NCBI GenBank assembly: GCA_050575255.1
Contig: JBNZDD010013664.1
Location: forward strand, 2,845,481-2,909,480
DNA: 64,000 bases
Direction of reading: 5' to 3'
Source of the DNA: Harriotta raleighana
Taxonomy: Eukaryota
Shown here piece after piece: positions 48,975 to 61,160 of the stretch. A model generated the notes under the pieces. That model searched no databases and was not told the origin of the DNA. It was given only the letters and a program-made list of their open reading frames with translations. Within the stretch, counting starts at the first letter, position 1. Every line of letters begins with the position of its first letter. Both the position numbers and the translations under genes were made by a program.

Positions 48975-49330
48975 AAGGTGCTGATTTTACGATCCTCTCA
49001 CTAGCTTTCAAATCACTTCATTCTCTTACACCACCCTATCTATTCAACCTGCTTACTTCCCCACTGCACCACCTGCTATCTCTGCTAAGATGGCTCTGGC
49101 CTTCTGTTAGTCCCTCATCCTTTCCTTTCCACCATCAGTGGCCATACCTTCAGCCACTATGCCCTGAAGCTCTGGAACATCCTTTAAATCCTGCTTTAAG
49201 ACCTTCCTTCTTGATCACACCTATCTCACCCCTCCTTCTCCCCCAGCTCAATTAAGACTCTTCCACTTTGAAGTGCTCCAGGATGCTAGCCGGCATGAAG
49301 TACGCTATATAAATGCAAGTTGTTGTTGGA
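48975..49330 (+). mobile_element. L2 LINE 3' fragment
   Basis: DFTILSLAFKSLHSLTPPYL (L2 C-terminus) and tail gctatataaatgcaagttgttgttg. Confidence 0.78.
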
Positions 49331-49914
49331 AGTCTCAAAGTTCAAATTCCTCAGCCATTTGTTCTCTTGAGGATAACAAAATGCCCTAGTTGCTATTTAG
49401 TCCACTATTTATCTGTCCATTAAGGATAACTCGACAGTATATAATTTGTGCAAGGAGTAGGTTCAATGGATTGGCCCAAGGCATGACCCTGATTATATGA
49501 GATTTTCTTGTTGTTATCCTACTAATATTATTAAGTGGTGAAAATTCACATTATGCCATGGTCAATCTAACAGTTGAGTTGAGATTCCTTATTTGAGCAA
49601 TCGGAAGTACGTCACTCTACCTTGTGGGAATTCCCTCTGATGCAGTCTAGTTTCTGAGCAAAGTTCCCACAAGTCTACATAACATGGGCGATGTCCTTCT
49701 ATTATTGGAAAGCATTCCTTATTCAGATTCCTTGTGAAGGAATCCTGTTTGAAATCACAGCCATTTATACACCAATGTTTCAACCATTTACACTCTCAGT
49801 TCCATTGGACTTTGACTGGATGTCAATGGTGTTGTTCTACATATTTCAGGCACAAATAAGTGATGATTTAAGGCCAACCAATTGTTTTGCATTAGTCTGT
49901 ATGAATTCCAAATA

Positions 49915-50296
49915 CAGTAAAACCCCGTTTATCCAGCACCCTCGAGGGGGTCGACTAATTGACTGTGCTGGATAAACGGGCGGCAAGTTGCCGAAAACCC
50001 AACATAAAAAATTAACTTATTTTAACACATACCAAGTTAATAATAGACTAAATGATAACAGAATATTGTATGGATACTTACCAATAAAGCATTCCAGCAC
50101 ACTCGGTGAAAAGATTGGCAAAAAAGCATTTTTTAACCGATCGATAAAAAACCCATGTTCGGAATTTTAATACGTGCGCATGCATTGCACGCATGCGCAA
50201 AGTGAGTAAACTTACGATTGCTGGAATGGGGAATTGCCCCGGGAGGGGGGTCGAGCAATTCGGTTGATCGGGTCACGGATAAACAGGGTTTTACTA
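49915..50296. mobile_element. Tc1/mariner (Tigger/pogo-like) MITE, same TIR family as 20764-21474
   Basis: TA|CAGTAAAACCCCGTTTATCC...GGATAAACAGGGTTTTACTA|TA. Confidence 0.8.
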
Positions 50297-51622
50297 TACT
50301 GTGTTAGTGGTGTTGTGGCTGATATTGGGAGTGTCTCTGTGGCATGTTCTCTTTCCATTCCCATCTCTTGCATTTTTGTTGTAAATCTCTGTTCTTATTT
50401 ATGCAAAGCCACAATAATAACACTTCACCCCAGTTCCCTAATCCCTTTCTCCGTTTGTCCCCCTCCCTTGCATCCTTCAAGACTCATCTCAAGACCTTCC
50501 TTTTTGAGTGTGCCTTCGTTCATCTTCCCTCATGCACCCTTAGTCTCCACCCTTCCTCTCTGATCCCAAATTGCAGCTCCTGATGTGAAAGCTGCTGTAT
50601 AAAAGCCAATTATTTGTTGTGTACTATCACCTTCCCAATAATGCCCGATCCTTGCTCCTCCCTGTAGCAGAGTTTAGTGCTTTGTACTCAATATACATTT
50701 AGAATAGAAATATGCAACACAGTAGGAAGCCATTTGGACATTTTACCATGGCCCTCTCTACTACTGCAAGAAACACATCCACCCTAATCCGAATTCCCTG
50801 CTCTTTCCCCACACTCTCCAATAACTACCCTTTGCATGTTTTCGTTCAATTCTCTTTAAACACCCCTTCAGTTATACCTTCTTTCAGCGCCTTGGGACTT
50901 CTTACCGATGTGAAAGGCAAATGTAATTTTGTTGTTATTGTTGGAACGTCTTCCCGACGTGAAAGGTGCTACACAAATGTAATTTTGTATTGTATTGTTG
51001 CTGCTCCTATAGAGCCAAATTCATCACCCTATAGTTCTTTCCCAATACAATTTGGCTGTTGTTAATCTATCCACACTCTGGTTTGCCTCAAACCTGATTC
51101 TTGCTAATTTGTGGCTATAACCCTCCTGAATTGGGTAAACAAAGAGAGATTGTGTATTCCATTCCAGTCACAGTAAAAGTTCTATGTGTCGGTGGTATAC
51201 ATATATGGAACTCTCGGCTAGGTTTAGATACCACTAAGCGTAATGATGGGTTTCAGCATGTATCGTTCATCTAGCTGAACAATGACAACAACAATAATAT
51301 TTAGAAAACATTAACCTGCGGCTTCTTGCTCTCCCATTATAACCACATTTCACTCTTTAATAGATTTCAGTTTCTTTGTACTTTCTGGCTTTTCATCTCC
51401 AATGTAGCCTATCTCTTCGTTCCCCTTTAGAACCGGTTCCATCCCCACAATAGAGCCTGGTTCCCTGTTCACCACACACCCTGCTCAATATTGGTTCACC
51501 CAAATCTCTTTTTCTACATAGAAGCTGATCACTTCTCCTCTATGAAATCTTAACCACTCCTCTCCCCACCATTCATTCATCCCATAAAACTTGTTTTCTC
51601 CACCACCCCATATCTGCCATAC

Positions 51623-52087
51623 CTTGTAGACATTAATTGGGATGTCAATGAGGATGTAGAGCAGGTCTCCCAAGGCAAGGCTGGCAATCAGGACATTGGG
51701 TCCATTCCTCATACATTTGTTCTTGTAGATTATTCGGAGCAGTGTAGAGTTCCCAATGATTCCCACCATAAAGATCATGCAGGAGACCACAGTGTTGACA
51801 TATTTGAAGGCATGGCGTATCTCTGTCTGCTTGACGCACATGGGAGGAGGGGGAGCAACTGGCCCAAGGGGTTGAGGTGGGGGGATAACAGTAATCTGAT
51901 ACTCAACCACATAAGGCACCATGACTTTGGATTTTGTTGGACTTGGAGTTGGGATTCTGTTTGATTTTAGATTTGGTGTCAAGTCTCCGGTGGAAGTATC
52001 TTTGGAGGGTGCATTTTGCTCGTGAGTCATGAGAATGTGATAGCTCAGAAGAACAGCAACAAACACTGCTGTGTTCATGCCAGCCAT
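51623..52087 (-). CDS. EDNRB2: EDNRB2 coding exon 1 (signal peptide, N-terminus, TM1-TM2)
   Basis: [15 protein letters not shown]...[75 protein letters not shown]|gtatgg. An acceptor at 52163/52164 implies an upstream UTR exon. Total CDS is 1326 nt = 441 aa + stop. Confidence 0.95.
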
Positions 52088-54529
52088 TTGGCAATGATAA
52101 TGGGTCAAAATCTCAACAGGGTCCGGCACACGTTTCTTAAAAACTGGAACGACCAGCGAGTAACTAGATGAACAAAAGCACAAACAAAATCAGATGTCAC
52201 ATCAAAATCCGAACATAAATTTGTGTAGAGATTAAACATGCCAGATTAATGATTATTTATTTGTTTGTTTGTTTATCTTATTTGTTACTAGTATTAAAGT
52301 GAGGCTCAAGCAACCAGCTCTGCAATAACCCTAAGAGCCTCCGCACTCTTCAAAGAATTAATACATTATTTTGTATTATTTTGTAATTTTGTACAATTAG
52401 CTGCAGTACAAAACCAACATATAAAGCATGGAATGCAGTAATCCAACTTCTGAAACCACATCCTGAGGCAGGGAGCTCGGAACAGAATCACCAAGAGTTT
52501 CTCTCTCGCACTGTCCGAACAAACAATCCCCCCGATAAAATTGACCGTTCATTTCATGACTGTTTGCGGGATAATTTGCAGTATGTAAATTGGCTGTCGT
52601 GATTGATAGCCTATAAAATAAACTGTCACTGCACTTTGCTGTAACTCATATTGAGTGAGTGAGCTTTACGATATGAAATGCATCATATCAAATGCAGAGA
52701 TGATTATGCGTCGTTTCTGATAACCATCAATCCTGTAGTTTCAGACACATTATGATATGCAAAATATCACTGACTGTACTGTATGGATAAGGCGTTCATC
52801 TTTTTTAAATATTGTTTTAATAAAGTGTTTAGAATGTAAAGTAATGGTCCTGCTATCAACAATGAAATAATCTGTCATTTTTTTTTAAAAAAATATCGGG
52901 ATTGTGCTTTTGGGCATTTAGCATAGCAACGGAGTGAAGAATTGAATTATCATTATTGAATGATATCGTATCATGTTATTAAATACTATTGTCTGTAGCA
53001 AAAGCCTGAGAGGTACAAAACGGCATATCTTTGAATGTATTGTCCTATCCCCACGGTTTATGCATGTTTCTAAATTGGAGAGGTTAGTTATACAGTGCAC
53101 TTTTATGAATTTTCTGTCATCTCTCTATTTAAACCCTCTCACTTCATGCAATTTCTGACTGTTTGAAATGACAGCTCCTGCAAAGTGTCTCAGATGTTGC
53201 AATAGCACAACATCGTAAAGCGCCTCGCAAAATGGAGTGATTGTGTATTTCGTGGAAGGAATGCGGCAGCCAATTGCACACAGCGGTGTCCCACAAACAG
53301 TCGCGGATTGAGTATAACAGTTCAAGACCCATATTCTGCAAGGCTGTTTATTTTTGATGGACTGTTGGACTTGTGACCAGATCATGAGATGAATTTCATT
53401 AAAAAGAGAACAACTAATTGGACTGATTGAAAAGTTTGATGAGATCCCGAGTCACATGTCCCAAACATACAGATGCAGACAAGCGAGACGGACAAACACA
53501 ATCCCTTTATTCTAATCCTCAGCAAAACTTTTTTGAGTTGGTTTCAAAATTTCTCTTTGACAGCTCATATTTGTCTGAGCTTCGTGTTACCAGATAAAAT
53601 AATTTGTGTTTGTTTCCCCTCGAACTTTTTACTCTTAAGTCCTGACAATTTTTTTTTGCATTATAGAAATTGAATTATAATATCCTCATAATTATTGTCA
53701 TTACTCTATCTTTTTTCTTTCTGTCTCTTTATCATTCATTCATTCCTTCCTTTTCAAGACATAAGTTAACAAACGGTTCTTTTACCTTTTTATTCCTGCT
53801 CAAGTCCAGAAAGCCCACAGTTGCAAAGACTTGCTGCTGTGTCATAGATTCCAGCAGCTTCACATTACACCATAACAGTTGCAGCAAAAGTTCTGATTTA
53901 AGCTCCAAACCCTCACCAAGCTAGGAATCGTGGTTAGCGTGTGATCCCATTGCCTTCTTCTTGCTGGCTTTTCCCTCTGACCCTAGGCTGTGTCTAAGAT
54001 GGGACATTTGAGAGGCAGAGGGTGTTTTATAGTTTCCAGTCCCTCTGTGTTTAAGAGTTGAAAGCACTGGCACCAATAGCTGCACAATACTGAGAGTGCG
54101 TCTCAAAGAAGGCGGATCTACACACCAGATGGCTTCAGCCCAGACACCTCCAGCCATTGCACTCAAGACTGCCTTCCATCCCTTAGCTACAAAGAACAAC
54201 TTACATTTCAATCAAATGATTCTTTGTGGACTCAGTATGTTTTGAAAAGCACATACGCAGAAAACTGCAGGGTGTTCACAGTTCTGTTAACTATCCTATG
54301 TCTTCTTTCTGCAGGTCACTGAGCAACAACTGAAACATTAGAAGAATGAATGATAATTGTATTTAGAAGTACTTCATAATAAAAATCCTTGCATCTGACA
54401 TAGCGCTGTCCATGTCTTCTAGACATCTCAAAGCGCTTCACAGAATACACTGCAAAGTGACTGTATATTTGTGGGTCAAGTACTTAATTATATTCAGTAC
54501 AAGTGTTTAATGTTTTTTGACTTCCAGGG

Positions 54530-54700
54530 GATTGATATGTGTGTTAGGTCTGGGTGTCGAGGGATACCAGAAGAGGGCGGGAAATGGACTTGAGATACAG
54601 ATCAGCCATGATCTTATAGAATGGAGGAATTAGGTTGGAAGGGCTGAATGGCTTACTCCTGTTTCTATGTTTCTGAGTGAGTGAGTGAGCGAGCGAGCCA
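54530..54700 (+). mobile_element. CR1 3' end with GAGT/GAGC microsatellite
   Basis: gatcagccatgatc...gggctgaatggcttactcctgtttctatgtttct, then (gagt)n(gagc)n. Confidence 0.75.
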
Positions 54701-55042
54701 CATCTTGCGTAACACCATGGAGTGAGGAGGAAGTTATTGGCACCAGACATTGTTACACTCGACTCATCTGAAATAGAAAATAAAAATAATTGTAAAGAAA
54801 AAACAGGTAACGGGTAACAGGATTTTGTGAAAACCCTGTATATTATAGAATGCATCTATATGAGCATGGTTTGTGAGTGCGTATGTGTGGGGGAGGAGTG
54901 GTGTGGGGGCAGAGCAGATGCTGAAAGATATGATCTGTTCAATAATCACTGTGAGAGAATGAATAGGACCCTGTTCTAATGATCAATTAAATAAACAGCA
55001 CAACCACTATAACACTGGTTGCAGATAACGTGACTCTCTGTG

Positions 55043-55178
55043 ACCCTGAACTAACCACACACTGAATACAAAACTCTAAACCTTAATCCTAATTGTAGCC
55101 TCAACTCAAACGTAAACCTAAAATTAAGCTTTGACAGTAGCCATATCTCTAATCAGAACCTAGACTTGAACCCTAGCC
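55043..55178 (+). repeat. Degenerate telomere-like (TAACCC)n hexamer tract
   Basis: 6-nt periodicity: ...taaacc ttaatc ctaatt gtagcc tcaact caaacg taaacc taaa...gaacctagacttgaaccctagccc. Confidence 0.5.
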
Positions 55179-57074
55179 CAAGATTATCAGTGGTTTCCAT
55201 ATCGTTCCTGGGAAGTGCTTTGTGGGACACTCATCCTGTATGAAAGGCACTACATCAATGCTAAATGTTGTCATGTAGGAATTGTAGAAAACTGTATGGA
55301 ACTGGGCGAATTACTGATGCCATTGATTGTGAAATGAACAAGCCATGAAAAGGATTACAATCATCCCGGTCAAAGCAGCAAAACGTGGCTAAGCCGTTAG
55401 CACTCCGAGTCAGCAGATTCAATCCCCACATAAGGACTTGGAACACTCATGGTCTCAGCTGACCCTCCAATGAAGTGCTGGGTGTGTGCTGCACTGCTGG
55501 AGGTGCCGTCCTTCAAATGGGATGTTAAACCGAAGCCTAGCGTTGCTGTTCGGGTGGATGTTAACGATAGCGTGGCAGTATTTAACAAGAGAAGCCTACT
55601 TTCTCTCCCAGTCTCCTGGCCAACAAATCCAATAGAAGCTTACATACCCATTCTGGGAAAGAATCTGTATATTACTTTGTCCCAAAATATCTCTGTTGTG
55701 TGCCGAATAAATTGCAAGAAAAGTGACTTTCGAGTGAATATTAACGATAAGTTCACAACTGTGACAAACAGTAAATGGACAGACTAACAGGAGGCAGATG
55801 AGAAATGTTTTAAGTGCACATGTTACAGTAACAATAGTTACTGTTTGTTATAAATCCACAGACACAGTGTTCCAGTACTGGGCAATGTAAAAGAGCAGCT
55901 CCTTACAATGCTCATTCTTATAAAGCCGTAATAACACTTCAATCTTTATTCCGATCTGACATTAAGATAAGACATGGAAACAGCACATATAACATGCGGG
56001 TAGAGAATGGGGGAGACTTCATGCAGCACTTCAAAGTCACCATTTACAACTTAAAACGACTGCTGTCAGTACTCCTGCCAGTGCGATCACATTGTAAGTT
56101 GGGATACACTTGATCCTATCCCTTATCTCTTTTATTTGTGATTCGGTTGATGTGTTGTGAAAGTATACATTATAGAAATAGAAAACAGGTCAGAAGAAGC
56201 CTTGAATTATGTTTTTATGGTGCCTCAACACATCAAAACAACTCAAAGCATTTCACGCCTAGTAGATGTGCAAAGCCAATAATTGTACTTCGCAATTTTT
56301 GGCCCCATGTTAACAAGTGTGGTGACTGTTTTTCTAGGTGAATGTGGCAACCTTTTGAACACAGCTAAGTCTGATGAAGAGTGAGGATTAATTTGGAGGA
56401 TTGGTGACCAGGATCTCCGGAGGAACTTCTTTTCGAATTGTATCATTCACTTCAACTAAATCGTTCCTCACTGTTGATGGGCAGGCATTCAGCGCCTCTG
56501 CCCCCACCCGTTGGAACTCCGTCTCCACCTCCCACCCCCTTCCCTTGGCTCTTTCAAGACCCATCTCAAAGCTCTCCTCTTCGATTGAGCTTTCGATCTA
56601 CCTCCTTCCCCAACTGCCCTCCTCCCTCCCCAAACCCTACTTGTTTCCACATATACACAAGTCATTGCGCTTCACAATAAAATCCTTTGAGACATCCCAA
56701 TGACATGATAAGGAACTTTGTGAAATGCAAAGATTATTACAATTATCTTTAGTGCCCAGCTGAACACACAAAAGTTAAAGCAAGATGACTACATGACGAC
56801 CCAAATGATGAGCTCGAGTCCTGATGAGGTGCTTGATCTTGAGGCGAGAGTGCTACAGTCTGCATATATACTTTCCTGTATTTGCGTCCCTTGATGTGGT
56901 CCTCCAATACAACCTCTGACTCTGGCTAATGGATCTTGGCCAAGGGTTTGAATTCCTGTGGGTGGATCGGGCTAGTAGGAGTGTTACTGACTGCGTTTGA
57001 TCCAATAAAGATCCAAATGCTATACTATATTTTGATCGGAATCTGAAAGATTGAGCAACTTGATAAATCATCAT

Positions 57075-57352
57075 AATAATAATAAACCTTGCATTTGATA
57101 TAACACTTTTCACGTCTTCTAAACGTCTCAAAGCGCTTTGCAGAATATACTGTAAAGTGAATTGACTGTGTATTTGTGGGTGAAAGGCAGCAGCCAATTA
57201 TGTGTCCCACAAACAGTCCTGGACCAAAATTACCAGTGTTTTTTTAAAGGAATTATTATCAGGCCTGTGGAAACTTGCCCAAGATTTCACCCTGCTGGGA
57301 ATCGAACCTAGGTTGCTTGCTTGTAAGGCGAGTTCTCTAACCACTGAGCTAC
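57075..57352 (-). mobile_element. Full-length tRNA-derived Deu-type SINE
   Basis: (AAT)n tail, Deu core, and reverse head gggaatcgaacctagg...ctaaccactgagctac. Confidence 0.85.
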
Positions 57353-58516
57353 ACTCTCTTTTTATGCCTCAATTAATTTGCACTCATCCATGTTGAATTG
57401 CATTTGCCACACATTGACCTAATACCCAAACAAATCCATATCTTTACGCCCACCCGTTAGACAAACTGTTCTACATGGGTGGATTATAACGTATCAATGC
57501 TCTGAACACAAGGGAATTTCAGCGATATTGTATCCGGAAGAGGCTGGAGTCACGAATAATAAAGTCAAGTCTGATCTGAGCTCAGTTGGTGTTGCTCTCA
57601 TTTCTGCTTTAGAAGGCTGTTGGCTTGCCTAAGATTTCACCCCACCCGGGAATCAAACCTGGGTCCACTTCCTTACGAGGCTAGTACGCTCACCACTAAG
57701 CCATGGGACTCCACATCCACATCAGCATTACACAGAGGTCATTTCATAGTCACTCAACCTAATGTACTGAGGCTGCCCTTTCCTTCAATATGTCTCATGT
57801 TTCTCTGTTATTTTTGGAGCCAGTGATATGACACAAAAGTCACACCCCCCCAAAAAAAATGGACGTGACACTTTGGACATTCAGATTGTCCGTTTACGTT
57901 TTGGTTTTCTTTACAATCTGTGAATTCCGGGATTTAAGGCCTCGCCAGCCTTCCTTTTCTTAATCTGAGGAAAAGGCGTGTGTCCTCTGACTAACATGAA
58001 AATGTAAAAAAAGCTCATCTGTGCTGACACCATATGTTTCCTCTGTGCTTCTGTGAGAATGTTCTGCGACCACAAGCACATCAAGAAGTTTACTGCGTCT
58101 GTGTCTGCGTCTCACTTAGCACGGGGTCTCAGGACAGCAGTGTGTTTTTTGCTAACCTACCTGTGTGCGTGTGACTGCAAGACACTCCAAAGTGTCTAAG
58201 GTTTATGCAAGTCTGATGAAGGCGAGTTCTGGCATCTGTCAGTTTGGGTCAATGACTCAAAGGGGCCAGGACTCTCTATGTGTGGATGGTAATCTTGTGT
58301 ATATTTAGAAAAGACAGCGTTACAGCAACAACAAACTGCGGAAACCCCCATCTTATCGGATTCCAGGTGTCCAGAATTCTGACCTAGTCAGACCGGGTCC
58401 AGGTCCTAAGAACTAGAGCGAATTATGGATTAAAGATTACTGCAGGCTCATGGATATCTACGTGTACTCGTGCCAGCCCACACTTACAGAGGCATGTGGA
58501 GAAAGAAACTTATTAG

Positions 58517-58827
58517 TGCAGAGTCCTGCAGCTGTGGGGTTAGAGCACTCAGCTTGCAAGTGAGAGACATGGGTTCAATTCCCAGCAGGGAGAAACTTCT
58601 GCCAAATTTCCTTACTCCACACGCTTGATAATAATCTCTCAATGAAAACAATAATATATTGGTCATTTCAATCCATGATTTTTTGTGGGAAACTGCTGTG
58701 CGCAATTGGCTGCTGCTTTTCGCCCACAAATGTAAAATCAATTCACCTTATAGTATATTCTGTGAAGCGCATTGAGACATCTAGAAGATGTGAAGAAAGC
58801 TATATCAAATGCAAGGATTATTATTGT
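58517..58827 (+). mobile_element. Full-length tRNA-derived Deu-type SINE
   Basis: Head gagtcctgcagctgtggggttagagcactc...gggttcaattccc, Deu core, and tail aatgcaaggattattattg. Confidence 0.85.
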
Positions 58828-58839
58828 TAAACTTAAGGT

Positions 58840-58915
58840 TTCGTCCTTCGCAGGAATCGAACCCTGGTCCTTTCATTTACGAGGTATGCATGCCACCCAC
58901 TACACTACAGGACTT
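58840..58915 (-). pseudogene. tRNA-like pseudogene / solo SINE head (tRNA-Val-like)
   Basis: The minus strand GTCCTGTAGTGTAGTGG...GAAAGGACCAGGGTTCGATTCCTGCGAAGGAC has A and B boxes and a partial acceptor stem, but the anticodon stem does not pair. Confidence 0.6.
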
Positions 58916-59495
58916 CATGTTAGTGGTGCAGGGGCAGCAATAGCATGCTTCAAAATAAGGCAGAGATTCGCTTGAGTACCCAACAAAAGCCCTCTCATAA
59001 GCCACAATACGTCCAGTAATAATTCTATGATGGATGTATTGATACTAATCCTTATTCAATAGTTTATTAGGAGGAAACAATGTTGCATAAAATCAACTCG
59101 TGAACGGGTCTTGTAGCTGTAGCAGTCATGGGACTAAGCCTCTGGTGTTATCACAGAGGAAATGTTGTTCAGCGACTTTGATTTCATTTAACGTAGCCAG
59201 ACATGCTTTGTGAAAGAAGTCATGGGGCTGGGGGTTTAGTGAGAAACCATAAAGGGGCTTCTTTGATAAATATTGTTCTGCTGAAATCAAGTCCTTATTT
59301 TCTGTTGGAGAAATTTATAAGAATAGATGCTTGGCCTATTTTATTTGTCAGAGTGATTTATTTATTTGTCAAAGCATGTTTATAGGATTTTTTTAGTAAC
59401 CTGGAGGGATTTACTTTGCTGTAGTCTCCCACACCAGTGCGCTCCCAGTATTCCCTAGGTACTCGTGTCTGAGGTCTCTCTGTGTCTCATTAATG

Positions 59496-59850
59496 TGGAG
59501 TCCTGTTGTGTCGTGGTTAGAGTATTCGCCTTGCAAGCAAGAGGACCCAAGTTTGATTTCTGGACAGAACAAAGTTTTAGGCAAGTTTCCTTACTCCACA
59601 CATCTCTGTTTACCTACCAGTAAGTAGGAACACGTTCGTTAATCGATTGGCAAACAAAACAAACAGAAATTTGGTTGCTCAATCCATGACTGTTTGTGGA
59701 GCGCTGTTGGTTGGCTTTGGCTGCTGCGTTTTGCCCATAAAATACACAGTCACTTCACTTCACAGTATATTCTGTGAAGTGCTTTGAGACATTTCAATGA
59801 TGTGATTAAGAAGCTATATCAAATGCAGGGATTAATATTATTAGTATTAT
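59496..59850 (+). mobile_element. tRNA-derived Deu-type SINE (long subfamily)
   Basis: Head gtggagtcctg...gtggttagagtattcgccttgcaagc, Deu core, and tail atcaaatgcagggattaat. Confidence 0.8.
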
Positions 59851-60347
59851 TCTAATAATCTTTGTGGCTAGTCAGGACTATATGCACTGCACAGGGTGTC
59901 TGTGAGGTTTCACGTCGGGAGGACGTGAAAGTCGTGCTATAAATGCAACTTTGTTGTTGTTGTTGCCTGACATCATTCAAAGCTGCTGAATCAAAACCAT
60001 GTCGCTCCTTTTACTTCAGATAGGACTTGTTGCATGGTAACATGCAATTTGTTCTGTGGTTTGTGGAGGTGGGTGGTGTGTGGTGGTGGTGAATGTGGAG
60101 GGAGAGGGTTGGGAGGAGGAAGTGAGAAAACGCAAATCTTAAATAAACCACAGTCATACTTTATTTATGATTCATTTGGTGCCTGTGCTGGTCACTGTTG
60201 AGAGAGGAGATGGTGGAGGTGTCAAAGAGTAGTTTGGAAGTACTCACTGCTAAATCACTGGGGAAAACAGTACATTACAGTTCAGGCTAACATTCACTGG
60301 ATTAGCAGCCCAACCCAACTTAATTTCAGGATGTTTTTGGGGGGGAC

Positions 60348-60789
60348 ACTGCTGTGTGCAAACAACATGCTGCATTTGATTATGTTACACTGTACAAAAG
60401 TACTTTGAGATGTTACAGATTCCATAAGAATTGCCTCAATTCGGGTTGACGCTTTTCGAGGGAGAACCGAGTTGATGCTTGATTTAGGGAGAGGAGAAAA
60501 ATTGGGGTTATTTATTTCATGGCCCATTTAGGTGTGGTCACATTCTTGCTAAAATGTGGTTGCATTCGTCCTATCAGCATTTCGATGATTCGGCAAATTA
60601 AATTCCGGGGGGAAGAAATTGTTGTGAATTCATCGAATTTTGTGTTCGGTGGAAATCACGAGACCAGCGAGGAGGGCATTTGAAAAGTCCAGCTGGTAAG
60701 TGACAATTCTTATGGAATCTGTAACATCTCAAAGTACTTTTGTACTGTGTAACATAATCAAATGCAACATGTTGTTTGCACACAGTAGT
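60348..60789. repeat. 86-bp inverted repeat pair (83/86 identical) around a 270-bp spacer
   Basis: Arms 60348-60433 and 60704-60789. The ORF track shows the near-identical peptide ILMESVTSQSTFV.CNIIKC.MLFAHSS on opposite strands. Confidence 0.92.
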
Positions 60790-60934
60790 CCCTCAGCGTG
60801 GACTGAGATTTTCGGCTTCTGTGGGTGTGAGGTACGGAATCGGGTAATGTGGCGGAGGTGGAAAACAATGGTCCTGGTCAAGGAAAGGAAGTGAGGGAGA
60901 AAGGAAAGCTGTGAATAATAATAGTACTTTCATT

Positions 60935-61160
60935 TCATGCCTAATAATAATCCGTTAAAAAAAAAACGCCACAATAATAAAAAAATTGGTCATTTCTATC
61001 CACGATTGTTTGTGGGATACTACTGTATGCAATTGACTGTCGCATTTCGTTCACAAATAGTCAATTCACTTTACAGTATATTCTGTGAAGCATTTTGATA
61101 CATTGATATGATGTGAAAAGTGCTATATAAAATGCAAGGATTATTATTATTATTTATTAT
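60935..61160 (+). mobile_element. 5'-truncated Deu-type SINE
   Basis: Deu core tgtttgtgggatactactgtatgcaattg and (ATT)n tail. Confidence 0.8.

Noticed and set aside
52088-52183. N-terminal extension of EDNRB2 suggested by the ORF track
   Set aside because: The ORF begins at a non-ATG codon in intronic sequence upstream of the acceptor. The ATG at 52087 is followed directly by a signal-peptide-like stretch, and the candidate upstream exon at 58161 has an in-frame stop.
56800-56830. TGATGA...CTGA, a possible C/D box snoRNA
   Set aside because: The boxes are only about 9 nt apart, there is no terminal stem, and they are on the strand opposite the likely host transcript.
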